Origin: Alphaproteobacteria bacterium
GTDB taxonomy: Bacteria; Pseudomonadota; Alphaproteobacteria; UBA8366; GCA-2717185
DNA length: 64,000 nt
Assembly (NCBI GenBank): GCA_021774385.1
Contig: JAJFJC010000261.1
Span: 2,413 to 66,412, forward strand
Direction: 5' to 3'
Shown here one piece after another: positions 1 to 8,509 of this stretch. Every line of letters begins with the position of its first letter. The first letter of the stretch is position 1. A program made the translations under genes and the position numbers. Under the pieces are notes generated by a model, which was not told where the DNA came from, did not search any database, and worked only from the letters and a program-made list of their open reading frames with translations.

Positions 1-692
1 CTTACGATCATGATAATTAACCCAAGCATAATCTGGAGCGGCAATCCGACAAAAAAGACCTGAAATTGCGGCATCAAACGCGCTAGAATCCCAAGCGAAA
101 TATAAAACAGCGTCACGACGACAATAAATGGCGCGGCCAATTGGACACCCAGTTTAAAGCTTCCCGCCACGAGGCGGCTCATCGCCTCCGAAAAATTGTC
201 GAATGGCAATCCAGCCCCGGGAACGAACATGGTGTAACTGTCCATCAGAGCCACGAACAACAAATGGTGCAGGCCTGTTACAAAAATCAGCAGGGTGCCA
301 AGTAGCGATAGAAAGACCGACGTAAGCGCACCTTGATCTTGAATCATTGGATTGAACAACGTCGCGTTCGCAAAACCGGTTAGAAACGCGATTATCGTTC
401 CCGTGGTGGTGAGCGCCGTTGCCAAAACTCTGGCGACCGAACCGATGAATATGCCAACCGTGACCTCACCGAGAACCAATAAAAGTACCGCGATGAATGC
501 GTCCGGCGTCTTGGGCAACAGCGGCTCGACGACGGGAAACATAATGGCAGTGACTGTCAATGCGACAAGCAAGCGAACACGGGCGGGAATAAAAGCTTCG
601 CCAATCCCCGGCATGAGCATCATAGCGGCGCCAAGTCGACTGAACACGAGAAGGTAGGAGAACGCTTCAAGCGCGAGCAGTCGTTCCAGCAT
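1..692 (-). CDS. fliR: Flagellar export-gate protein FliR, partial (C-terminal part runs off the left window edge)
   Basis: Absent from the ORF track because it is open at the window edge. My reverse-strand translation from the ATG at 692 reads MLERLLALEAFSYLLVFSRLGAAMMLMPGIGEAFIPARVRLLVALTVTAIM... This is a polytopic hydrophobic protein directly downstream of fliQ, in the conserved fliQ-fliR order. Confidence 0.85.
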   Translation of the reverse strand, partial: MLERLLALEAFSYLLVFSRLGAAMMLMPGIGEAFIPARVRLLVALTVTAIMFPVVEPLLPKTPDAFIAVLLLVLGEVTVGIFIGSVARVLATALTTTGTIIAFLTGFANATLFNPMIQDQGALTSVFLSLLGTLLIFVTGLHHLLFVALMDSYTMFVPGAGLPFDNFSEAMSRLVAGSFKLGVQLAAPFIVVVTLFYISLGILARLMPQFQVFFVGLPLQIMLGLIIMIV

Positions 693-698
693 TACGGG

Positions 699-965
699 TC
701 AGTTAAGGCCGGCTATTCGATCGGCCACGCCCAGCATAAAGGTTTGTAGAGTTTCGACGATAAACGGCAGAAAGATCAGCAAACTTAAAAAGATAACGAT
801 AATCTTGGGAACGAATGTGAGTGTCATTTCCTGGATCTGAGTCAGCGCTTGGAATAATGCTATTACCAAGCCGACAACTAGCGCGATTAGCATAATCGGC
901 GAACCGATCTTCAAAACCGTGATAATCGCTTCGCGGGCGAATTCTAGCGCCTGCGCTTCATTCAT
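699..965 (-). CDS. fliQ: Flagellar export-gate protein FliQ
   Basis: 88-aa two-TM protein with the FliQ/SctS-type segment ALFQALTQIQEMTLTFVPKI. It lies between fliE and fliR. Confidence 0.9.
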   Translation of the reverse strand: MNEAQALEFAREAIITVLKIGSPIMLIALVVGLVIALFQALTQIQEMTLTFVPKIIVIFLSLLIFLPFIVETLQTFMLGVADRIAGLN

Positions 966-981
966 GAGCCGAAGACTGAAC

Positions 982-1293
982 TCAAATGGGCATCCTCAAT
1001 ATCTGCTGATAGGCTGTAATGATTCTGTCCCTTACGGCAACCACGGTCTGCAGTGTAACCTCAGCATTCGTTATCGCGGTTACAACTTCGGTCAGTTCAG
1101 CCTTGTCCTGTATCGCGGCCGCGGACATTTTCTCGGCTTGTTCGCCAGCTTCAATCGCGTTTTCCGCCACCTGTTTCACCATTTCGGCAAACTGTCCCGG
1201 CGCTGGCGTATCGCGCGCTTCCATGCCCGCCCCACCGCTAAGTTGCGCTGCCCTGTTCAACGCATCGGCGGCCTTCGAGAATTCAACTGCCAT
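982..1293 (-). CDS. fliE: Flagellar hook-basal body complex protein FliE
   Basis: 103 aa. The C-terminus EVTLQTVVAVRDRIITAYQQILRMPI matches the conserved FliE C-terminal helix. It follows flgB-flgC. Confidence 0.85.
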   Translation of the reverse strand: MAVEFSKAADALNRAAQLSGGAGMEARDTPAPGQFAEMVKQVAENAIEAGEQAEKMSAAAIQDKAELTEVVTAITNAEVTLQTVVAVRDRIITAYQQILRMPI

Positions 1294-1318
1294 GGCTTAA
1301 TCGCCTCGATATCATTGT

Positions 1319-1735
1319 TTACCGTAAAAGATCGATCGTTCTCGTCACCATCGACCGGGACGTCTCGATCATATTCAAATTAGCCTCATAACTCCGTTGC
1401 GCCTCGCGCATATCCGACATCTCGACAAGCCCATTAACATTCGGGATTTTGTAATACCCGTTGGGGTCCGATGCTGGGTGGTTCGGATCGAACACCAGGC
1501 CAAATTCGGATTGATCTCCTAAAACTTTCCGTACGCCAACCATATCCGCATCCAAGACCTTGTTGAACACGTTCTCGAAGGTTAGCACCTTTCGGCGGTA
1601 GGGGTCACCCCCTGGCGTATCCGCGGTCGAGTTGGAGTTCGCGATATTTTCGGCGATTACTTTGACGCGCTGCCCCTGAACGCGCAGGCCGGAGGCGGAA
1701 ATCATCATGCTCGTCTGTAAATCGGATGGCATCAC
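1319..1735 (-). CDS. flgC: Flagellar proximal rod protein FlgC
   Basis: 138 aa. It has the N-terminal axial-family motif ISASGLRVQGQRVKVIAENIANSNST and the C-terminal MSDMREAQRSYEANLNMI. Confidence 0.9.
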   Translation of the reverse strand: MMPSDLQTSMMISASGLRVQGQRVKVIAENIANSNSTADTPGGDPYRRKVLTFENVFNKVLDADMVGVRKVLGDQSEFGLVFDPNHPASDPNGYYKIPNVNGLVEMSDMREAQRSYEANLNMIETSRSMVTRTIDLLR

Positions 1736-1759
1736 TCTACCCTTTGATATCGTTTAATC

Positions 1760-2173
1760 TTATTGTCCGCCTTGGCGACCAAGCGCGATTCGGAACAGGT
1801 TCAAATTTTTGCGGTACAGGCTCGTGGCCAGTTGATGCTGGCCGGCATTGTCCGCAACTTTTATCAATTGCTCTTCGAGAACGACCGCGTTTCCAGTCGG
1901 TGAAATTTCGTATTTCTTCCGGGCCTCTTTTTCATCGCCAAATGCCGATTGCCGAATTTTGCTGTCTATGTGGCCGGTATTCGTAACGGCAAGTTGCAGA
2001 CGGAACGTATCTCGCTTGAATTTGCTTTTAAAATCAATTGGATCCAGATCCTTCGGCGCATAACCGGGCGTGTCAGCATTGGCGATATTTTGCGCCAGAA
2101 CACGTTGGCGGCGGCCAAGCCACTCCATTTTCGTGGACATCATCTGGAAGAGGGGTAATCCACCTAAATCCAT
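1760..2173 (-). CDS. flgB: Flagellar proximal rod protein FlgB
   Basis: 137 aa with the rod motif RQRVLAQNIANADTPGY. It is the first gene of the flgB-flgC-fliE-fliQ-fliR minus-strand run. Confidence 0.9.
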   Translation of the reverse strand: MDLGGLPLFQMMSTKMEWLGRRQRVLAQNIANADTPGYAPKDLDPIDFKSKFKRDTFRLQLAVTNTGHIDSKIRQSAFGDEKEARKKYEISPTGNAVVLEEQLIKVADNAGQHQLATSLYRKNLNLFRIALGRQGGQ

Positions 2174-2222
2174 GTTCTCGAACTCTACAAAACGTTATTC
2201 GGGGTACTCGACGATATTCAAT

Positions 2223-2237
2223 GCAGAGTCCGTGCCA
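2223..2237 (-). promoter_or_regulatory. Candidate sigma-54 (-24/-12) promoter of the flgB operon
   Basis: The minus strand reads TGGCACGGACTCTGC, with correct GG-N10-GC spacing. It lies about 50 nt upstream of the flgB ATG at 2173. Confidence 0.55.
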
Positions 2238-2502
2238 ATATGGCGCAAATCGCGAGGCTTATAGCCTGTCGAAACACCCTAAACAGGGCATTCAAACTCA
2301 CCCTATCGATTGTGCTGTTAGCGAATTGATATCATGGCGGCCTTTTTTCTTAATATTTAATATATTTCAATTAGTTGCATCCCGTTACACCGATTTCGAA
2401 TTTGTACAATTCCAGGAGGATGCTAAAACCTCACGCTTCCGGACAGTTCGATTCAAGTGTATCCTAATCGAAATATTGCGCTTATTTCGCGAGCATCCTG
2501 CA

Positions 2503-2937
2503 ATGCAAAAACCTGTGCCCCCCCATAGGAATAGTAATATTCAAGGCAAAAGGTCAGAAATTGCCGAACCGCGGGAACGAGACCAGGCAAAAGATACCGT
2601 CGCAATCGCGCTCGGCAATCAAGGCAACAACGCCGAATCGGTACCCCGTGTCCTGGCAACCGGTCGCGGTGAATTCGCCGAAACGATCCTTGATATCGCC
2701 TTTCGCAACGGTATTAAGGTCCGAGAGGACACCGATTTAGCCGAAATTCTTGCCGCGGTCGAGTTGGATAGTGAAATACCAGTCGAAGCGTTCATCGCGG
2801 TAGCGGAAATACTGCGTTACGTTTACGCTAATAACGATCACGAAACCTCCGAGTATCTGAAAACTATGGCAAGCGGCGTCAAATCGCTCGCATCAGAGGA
2901 AGAAGATTATGCCCCAGAAGGACGAAATTCTGAATAG
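2503..2937 (+). CDS. Stand-alone FlhB C-terminal-domain-like protein (EscU/YscU/FlhB-CC family), 144 aa
   Basis: I chose the internal ATG at 2503 because the longer track ORF from 2038 overlaps flgB antisense. The segment VPRVLATGRGEFAETILDIAFRNGIKVREDTDLAEILAAVELDSEIPVEAFIAVAEILRYVY aligns with the post-cleavage FlhB C-terminal subdomain. There are no TM region and no NPTH site. Confidence 0.7.
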   Translation: MQKPVPPHRNSNIQGKRSEIAEPRERDQAKDTVAIALGNQGNNAESVPRVLATGRGEFAETILDIAFRNGIKVREDTDLAEILAAVELDSEIPVEAFIAVAEILRYVYANNDHETSEYLKTMASGVKSLASEEEDYAPEGRNSE

Positions 2938-3223
2938 CTTGAACGAGTTGGCTAGTGAAGTCGCGCATGCTCGGGAAAGCCTTCTGAAAGGTGAAGCGAT
3001 CAAAATTAATAGCGTCCACGACCGTATCGAAACTCAGTGCCAGTTGATCGTAGATCTAGATCCAGAAGAGGCGGAAGAAATTAGACCAACGCTCGATGGG
3101 TTGCTGGATAACTTGCGCGTATTCTCGGCTGAAATCGAATATGTTCAGGCCAAGGTCGCCGAAATTTTGGAAAAGGCCCGGGAAGCTGAAATTGACGATA
3201 AAAACACCGACAACGAATCCTAG
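2909..3223 (+). CDS. Small acidic helical protein of unknown function, 104 aa (chaperone-like by size and charge only)
   Basis: The ORF overlaps the previous gene by 29 nt and precedes fliO. Its composition is acidic and predicted helical (EAEEIRPTLDGLLDNLRVFSAEIEYVQAKVAEILEKAREAEIDD). I recognise no family. Confidence 0.45.
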   Translation: MPQKDEILNSLNELASEVAHARESLLKGEAIKINSVHDRIETQCQLIVDLDPEEAEEIRPTLDGLLDNLRVFSAEIEYVQAKVAEILEKAREAEIDDKNTDNES

Positions 3224-3252
3224 CTTATGCGCCGCCATAGCATATTAATCTG

Positions 3253-3561
3253 TTGAGAATCATGGATTTTGACGGCTATCTGAGATTTGTTCTTGCACTA
3301 ATATTCGTAATTGGCTTGATCGGGTTATTCGCGTTGTTGCTCCGCCGATACGGACCAGGCATGACAGGCATGGTCCCGCGGCGCAAAGGGCAAGGGCGTC
3401 GATTGCAGATTATCGAAATTGCGGTCCTCGACGCACGCCGCCGCCTTGTACTGGTTAAGCGCGATGAGCGTGAGCATTTAATTCTACTCGGCGCGAACAC
3501 GGAAGTCGTGGTCGAAAGCAGTTGTTCCAGCGCAAAACCAGAAAGCGAATCCGAATGTTGA
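3253..3561 (+). CDS. fliO: Flagellar biosynthesis protein FliO
   Basis: 102 aa with a single N-terminal TM segment (FVLALIFVIGLIGLFALLL). The FliO-type core RRLQIIEIAVLDARRRLVLVKRDEREHLILLG follows. It lies directly upstream of fliP. Confidence 0.8.
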   Translation: MRIMDFDGYLRFVLALIFVIGLIGLFALLLRRYGPGMTGMVPRRKGQGRRLQIIEIAVLDARRRLVLVKRDEREHLILLGANTEVVVESSCSSAKPESESEC

Positions 3562-4292
3562 GGCACCGGCTATTCGGGCTGGCCGGCTCCTGCGTCGTCT
3601 TTTTCGCCATGCCCGCCGTTGCGCAAAGCCTAAATTTAGAATTCGGCGACGGCGGGTCGGCGACGGGACGAATCGTTCAGATAGTCGCGTTGATGGCGAT
3701 TTTATCGATCGCGCCATCGATCCTTATCATGGTGACGTCATTCGTTCGCATCGTCGTGGTCTTATCGTTTCTGAGAACCGCGATGGGCGCACAACAAACA
3801 CCGCCGAACGCGGTCCTCGTCAGCCTTGCCCTCTTCATGACGTTTTTCATCATGCAGCCGACCCTAGAAGAAGCATACGACAAAGGCATCGCACCGCTGA
3901 TCGAGGAACAGATTAGCGAAGAAGTCGCGTTCGAACGCGCGACCAGCCCGTTTCGAAGCTTCATGCTCAAACATGTCCGGGAAAAAGATCTCGAATTGTT
4001 TATGCAATTCGCCAGAATCGAAACAGTTCCCTCGGTGGACGAGACACCATTGCGCGCGTTAATACCCGCTTTCATGATCTCGGAGCTTCGAAGGGCGTTT
4101 GAAATTGGTTTCCTGCTCTTCGTGCCATTCCTGATGATCGATATCGTTATCGCGTCGGTCTTGATGTCGATGGGCATGTTGATGTTGCCGCCGGTCCTGA
4201 TATCCTTACCGTTTAAACTGATCTTTTTTGTGTTGGTCGATGGTTGGTATTTGGTTGCGGGCAGTTTGACGCAAAGTTTTGGTCCACTCTGA
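3555..4292 (+). CDS. fliP: Flagellar export-gate protein FliP
   Basis: The ATG at 3555 overlaps the fliO stop (ATGTTGA). This gives a signal-peptide-like MLRHRLFGLAGSCVVFFAMPAVAQS. The conserved FliP core is SIAPSILIMVTSFVRIVVVLSFLRTAMG. The track ORF starts 33 nt earlier, at 3522. Confidence 0.9.
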   Translation: MLRHRLFGLAGSCVVFFAMPAVAQSLNLEFGDGGSATGRIVQIVALMAILSIAPSILIMVTSFVRIVVVLSFLRTAMGAQQTPPNAVLVSLALFMTFFIMQPTLEEAYDKGIAPLIEEQISEEVAFERATSPFRSFMLKHVREKDLELFMQFARIETVPSVDETPLRALIPAFMISELRRAFEIGFLLFVPFLMIDIVIASVLMSMGMLMLPPVLISLPFKLIFFVLVDGWYLVAGSLTQSFGPL

Positions 4293-4313
4293 ACCGTAAG
4301 AGCGTTTTCGGCG

Positions 4314-7300
4314 CTAGGCCTTGCTTTCCGCACTCTCCTGCCCGGCCGCTTGTGGCGGTGTCGCGGGTGCCGCATCGGGTTGTACCGGCGCGACTGGTGA
4401 TTTTAACAGCCGCTTCTTATTGTCGGCGAGATATTCCTCGAGAAACGCCTCGAATACGCCATTGTCGGCAATGCGGCTGGTAATTGTTTCCAAATCCAGG
4501 GGGGCATCGGACGACGAGGCGCTCGCGATAAATTGGAACGCTTTACTCAAGGGGCTCGCCGCCATCGCCTGACCATACAAGGCACGCACGATCTCTAACC
4601 CGCTTTCATCCTTATCCAGGCGCAACGCGACCGCCCAGTTCAAGACCAACTGCGCCTCGGCTTGATCGAAGGTTGTCCCTTCCGCCGGCGGTTCTCCCGC
4701 TAAACGTTGCAGAACCTTTGACGCCTCACCCCAGTTTTCAGAGCGCCACTGGATGTCGGCGCGAAGCAAATCCGCATTGCGCGATACGTCACCAGCAAGT
4801 AGTTCGATCGCTTCCCTGACCTTTCCCGTTTCGAAAAAAGCACGCGCCTGAATTCTTCGCCTGTCATCGTCGAGTTGCTCCGGCAGCCGCGGAAAGACGG
4901 TTGTCCGCAACGCTTCGATCGCTTTTTTGGGATCCCTATCCAGGAGCCGTATGAATGCAAGCTTGGCACCAACTTGCGCGCGTTCGATGCCTTTCAAGCG
5001 AAACTTTACTTGATGCTGAAGCAAGTCGGCGGCCCTGTTCAATAGGTCTACATCCACAAGGCGCTCCGAAAGCCTCTGAATCATAACATTGCCTTCAGGT
5101 CCGGCAGGCGTTAATTCACGAAATTCATCGTATAGTGCCAATGCCGTTAACGGTGGTAACTTGTCCGCTTCTCCCTTCAGATATAATTTCTTAAAGGTAT
5201 CGGTCATGACCTCGGCGATCCGTTTCGTATCGGGATGCTGCGGAAAATAGGTGGCGATCACACGATATGTGCCAAGCCCGCCGCGAAAATCGTCACGCTC
5301 CAAATAAAGCCCGCCAAGGCGGCGAAGGACCTGCATCTCGAATTCGTCGCCACGCCACTGATAACGCAGTTTTTCAAGTCGCCCAATCGCCTCATCCACA
5401 TCCATTGTGGATTGCAACAAGCCCATATTGACAAGCGATAGTTCCGCGCGCGCCGCATTCCATGAATCGCCACTGTCCTGGAGCTCAGTCCATAAGTTAG
5501 TCGCGCGATCGATATCTTGCTCAACAAAGGCAAGCCGCCCTTGCAGATAACGCAAGGTAGCAAGTTCGCCTCTCGTCAAGGTCTTGGATTGTTTATCGAG
5601 CGTCGCCAACCAACGCGACGCGCTGCCGCTGTCCCTTGCCTTCAAGGCGGTTTCAACCCGCAGCAATCCAAGCGCTCCCTTTAAGGGCTCCGGATAACCG
5701 TGAAGGACCGCATCGCCTTGCCTAAATAATAATTGCGCGTCCTTCCATCGTTCCGCCCTCGCAGCCGCGACGCCGCGCCATAATTGTATTTCCTCGTATT
5801 TGTCGAGGCGCGGGTCGTTCAAATTCCGCGCCGCTGCTTCCACGTCGTTATTTAGTGCCGCGACTGCCCCTGTAATCGCCTTGAACTCGGGCTTTGCTTC
5901 CGCACGTGCGTCCGAACTCTGAACCACTTGCAAAACGCCCTTTGCCTCGGGGCCGAGGCCACGCGCGAAGTAGAATTGAGCAAGCCGCAGTCGATTGGCA
6001 TCCCTTCTTTCGCGCGGCTGACGTGCGGCGGCGACTTGAAGCTTCTGCCGCGCTTCGAAATAATCCTTCTCATTCCCGTTTCGCCACTCGGAAAGCCTAA
6101 AAATACGGCGCGAACGTCCAGCTTGCGTACCTCTACTCACCGAGGTATCGGGTGAGATACCCGAGATATGCAAACCTCCTGGCGTGCTCAAAACCAATCC
6201 CGCATCATCTTTTTCAAGTTCCGCGTCATCATTCAACGCGATTACCGCGATACCCTGGGCAGAGGCCAAAATTTGAAATTCGGGATAGGCCCTTTGCCCG
6301 GCAATGCCCTGTCCCGATGCTTGCACTGTCGCAACCTGGATCAAGTCGCCAACTTCCGGGTCGGGCAAACGAATCACGCGACCGGAATCGATGGCTGGAA
6401 ACAACAACCTCGCGCCCCCTTCGGCATCGGGATCAGCATCGATGGCGATTTGAATATCCGGTCTCGTTTTTCCTCGTCGGAATTCGACCACCCAATTCGT
6501 GCCATCGCGTTTCGCGGCCGCGCCTATTCCCTGACTTGGAATCATGCGTAATACACTCGCCTTCCCAATCGGCAACTGCTCAATGCCAGAAACCAGTCCC
6601 TTTCCTGCTTCGCGCAGGGGCGCAAGGTTGATTGGCTTCCGCTTGTCGAATATCACCCAGACAAAGCCAGCACGCTCAAATACCGCCGCGCCGACCGGTT
6701 CGGGCCACTCGAATACAAAGTTGACCAAAGACCGATTGGTTGAGTCCCCAGACGGTGCGGTTTTCGAATTCCGAAACGCTTCCGCGATTACGCCGCTTCG
6801 CTTCCCCTTCGATGGTGACGCCGTCACGGGTTGCGGGGCGACCGTTGGTTTGGGTTCGGTCGCCGTCGGCTCGGTCTCGGCTACGGTTTCCTTTGGTGCA
6901 GCCTGATCTGTTGAAGCAGGCTCCGCAGGCCTTTCCTTGGGCAATTCGGGCTTTGGTTGCTCATTTTTCGTGGCTAACAGGTTTCGCGGCGACGCGGATG
7001 CCGCGGTCTGTTTTGCGTTTTCAATTGCCTTTTCCGCGGCATCAAGCAACGACCCCTGGGAAGATGCCGGTTTCTTGGAAACAGGCTGAGGTTTATCGCC
7101 TTTCGACGGCGGCGCCTTCGCTGCGTCCCCCCCTTTGACCATAATATCCACGACGACCTTGGTGCCCGACCTAAAGTGACGCAATCTTGGAGTACCGGAA
7201 ACAGCCGCGATAAATTCCAGCGTATTGCCTTCCGACGAAGATTTCAGATTGCCAATATCCGCCGGAAGTTGACGGCGTAGACTATCAAGGTCGATTTGCG

Positions 7301-7799
7301 CGCGCCTGCTGAACCTCACACGCAATCGGCCGCCACTTAATGCGGCGTCATAATCAACTGGCCGATTCCAATCGAACACCAGCCTGGTATAGGTCGGATG
7401 TTCGCCAACTCGGACACCCAATTTCGGACGTGCCTTAGCCGATGACTGCGGCCTGCGAAGGTCGAGAACAATTGCATTGTCGTTTTTAAAGGACCGAAGC
7501 GTAAAATCTCCTGCGAGAGAAAACCGGGCTACACGTTGGTCTCTCGATATTGAGGCCTTCGTGACATACCCTTGAAGATTCTGTAACGCTGCTCCGAACC
7601 GCGCGGTTATCGGCTTGTTAAAACGAACGCTTAAATTGCGATTTTGGATGCGGGCGGTATACGCAACCGAAGATGGCCAATCGAAAACGAGTCGGCCAAA
7701 TTTCGGATGCGACCAACCCCGAACTTCGACATCAACGCCGAATGCCAGCCCTGGGAATAAAACTAAAATCAGAGCAATCAGAACGCGGATCGCGATCAA
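4314..7799 (-). CDS. Secreted 1161-aa protein: signal peptide, three FDW/FEW beta-modules (AMIN-like by pattern), Pro/Lys/Glu-rich linker, long TPR-like C-terminal half
   Basis: The N-terminus MIAIRVLIALILVLFPGLAFG is a signal peptide. Repeated modules are GRLVFDWPSSVAY, TRLVFDWNRPVDY and LVNFVFEWPEPVGA. The C-terminal half is helical-repeat rich. Its start overlaps the motB stop by 4 nt. Confidence 0.6.
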   Translation of the reverse strand: MIAIRVLIALILVLFPGLAFGVDVEVRGWSHPKFGRLVFDWPSSVAYTARIQNRNLSVRFNKPITARFGAALQNLQGYVTKASISRDQRVARFSLAGDFTLRSFKNDNAIVLDLRRPQSSAKARPKLGVRVGEHPTYTRLVFDWNRPVDYDAALSGGRLRVRFSRRAQIDLDSLRRQLPADIGNLKSSSEGNTLEFIAAVSGTPRLRHFRSGTKVVVDIMVKGGDAAKAPPSKGDKPQPVSKKPASSQGSLLDAAEKAIENAKQTAASASPRNLLATKNEQPKPELPKERPAEPASTDQAAPKETVAETEPTATEPKPTVAPQPVTASPSKGKRSGVIAEAFRNSKTAPSGDSTNRSLVNFVFEWPEPVGAAVFERAGFVWVIFDKRKPINLAPLREAGKGLVSGIEQLPIGKASVLRMIPSQGIGAAAKRDGTNWVVEFRRGKTRPDIQIAIDADPDAEGGARLLFPAIDSGRVIRLPDPEVGDLIQVATVQASGQGIAGQRAYPEFQILASAQGIAVIALNDDAELEKDDAGLVLSTPGGLHISGISPDTSVSRGTQAGRSRRIFRLSEWRNGNEKDYFEARQKLQVAAARQPRERRDANRLRLAQFYFARGLGPEAKGVLQVVQSSDARAEAKPEFKAITGAVAALNNDVEAAARNLNDPRLDKYEEIQLWRGVAAARAERWKDAQLLFRQGDAVLHGYPEPLKGALGLLRVETALKARDSGSASRWLATLDKQSKTLTRGELATLRYLQGRLAFVEQDIDRATNLWTELQDSGDSWNAARAELSLVNMGLLQSTMDVDEAIGRLEKLRYQWRGDEFEMQVLRRLGGLYLERDDFRGGLGTYRVIATYFPQHPDTKRIAEVMTDTFKKLYLKGEADKLPPLTALALYDEFRELTPAGPEGNVMIQRLSERLVDVDLLNRAADLLQHQVKFRLKGIERAQVGAKLAFIRLLDRDPKKAIEALRTTVFPRLPEQLDDDRRRIQARAFFETGKVREAIELLAGDVSRNADLLRADIQWRSENWGEASKVLQRLAGEPPAEGTTFDQAEAQLVLNWAVALRLDKDESGLEIVRALYGQAMAASPLSKAFQFIASASSSDAPLDLETITSRIADNGVFEAFLEEYLADNKKRLLKSPVAPVQPDAAPATPPQAAGQESAESKA

Positions 7800-8509
7800 G
7801 GTTCTTCCGCCGTACCATGAAGCACCAAATCAACACGACGGGCCAGCTTTAGCCGCTGCTGCTCATCCAGCCCCTCGCTCAGGTGACTATAACGCGAGTC
7901 GCCAAGACCCAAGACGATAATATTGCGATCATAACCGGAGTTACGAAGTTCAGCCGCCACCGCCGTGGCGCGATTTAGCGAAAGCAACCAGTTCGCATCA
8001 AAATCAGTTCCCTCCTTCGCCGAGGGGTCGGCGTGACCGAGCACTTCCAATTGATTACCGATATTCGCCACAACGCCGCCCAAATGAAATATCGAGTCGC
8101 GTGCGCCTTCGCTTAGGGTCGCGGTTCCGGGCTCGAACAATGCGTTTCCGAATAAGGAAATCACCACCCGGGAGTCCTGCCGACGCACGATCGCGTCCTT
8201 CAAAATTTCGTCTTGCCGCAAATGGTCGCGTAATACCGCGTTGAGATATTCCGTCGGTAGGGCGGGTTGCAGGGTTATGACAGGGATCGCCTTTTCCGCC
8301 TCCGGATTCGGTGCCCTGCCGGCTTGTGAAAACCGCAGACTATCCGACATCGTCCCCACGACCGCTTCCCAATCTTCCGATGGTATGGTTGTCGTCGAAA
8401 ACAGCATTACGAAAAATGTGAGAAGTAACGCAGTCACATCACCGAACGTCACCAACCAGATTGGCGCCTTTTCGACTTTCGGCGGCTCGTCTTCGGGAAG
8501 TTCCAACAT
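7796..8509 (-). CDS. motB: Flagellar stator protein MotB (OmpA-like C-terminal domain)
   Basis: 237 aa. The TM/plug segment WLVTFGDVTALLLTFFVMLF keeps the invariant channel Asp. The C-terminal OmpA-like motif is LLSLNRATAVAAELRNSGY. Confidence 0.8.
   Translation of the reverse strand: MLELPEDEPPKVEKAPIWLVTFGDVTALLLTFFVMLFSTTTIPSEDWEAVVGTMSDSLRFSQAGRAPNPEAEKAIPVITLQPALPTEYLNAVLRDHLRQDEILKDAIVRRQDSRVVISLFGNALFEPGTATLSEGARDSIFHLGGVVANIGNQLEVLGHADPSAKEGTDFDANWLLSLNRATAVAAELRNSGYDRNIIVLGLGDSRYSHLSEGLDEQQRLKLARRVDLVLHGTAEEP

Noticed and set aside
352-1383. Plus-strand ORFs 352-657, 919-1383 and 1019-1300.
   Set aside because: They are antisense to fliR, fliQ, fliE and flgC, which have clear family signatures. 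None has a recognisable motif.
2038-2502. N-terminal 155 codons of the 299-aa track ORF 2038-2937.
   Set aside because: This part overlaps flgB antisense and the flgB promoter region, and its translation is low-quality (Cys/Arg/Trp-rich). The FlhB-C homology begins only after the internal ATG at 2503.
3677-4375. 232-aa minus-strand ORF.
   Set aside because: It lies entirely antisense to the strongly supported fliP. It is a typical shadow ORF in GC-biased coding DNA with Arg/Ser-rich composition.
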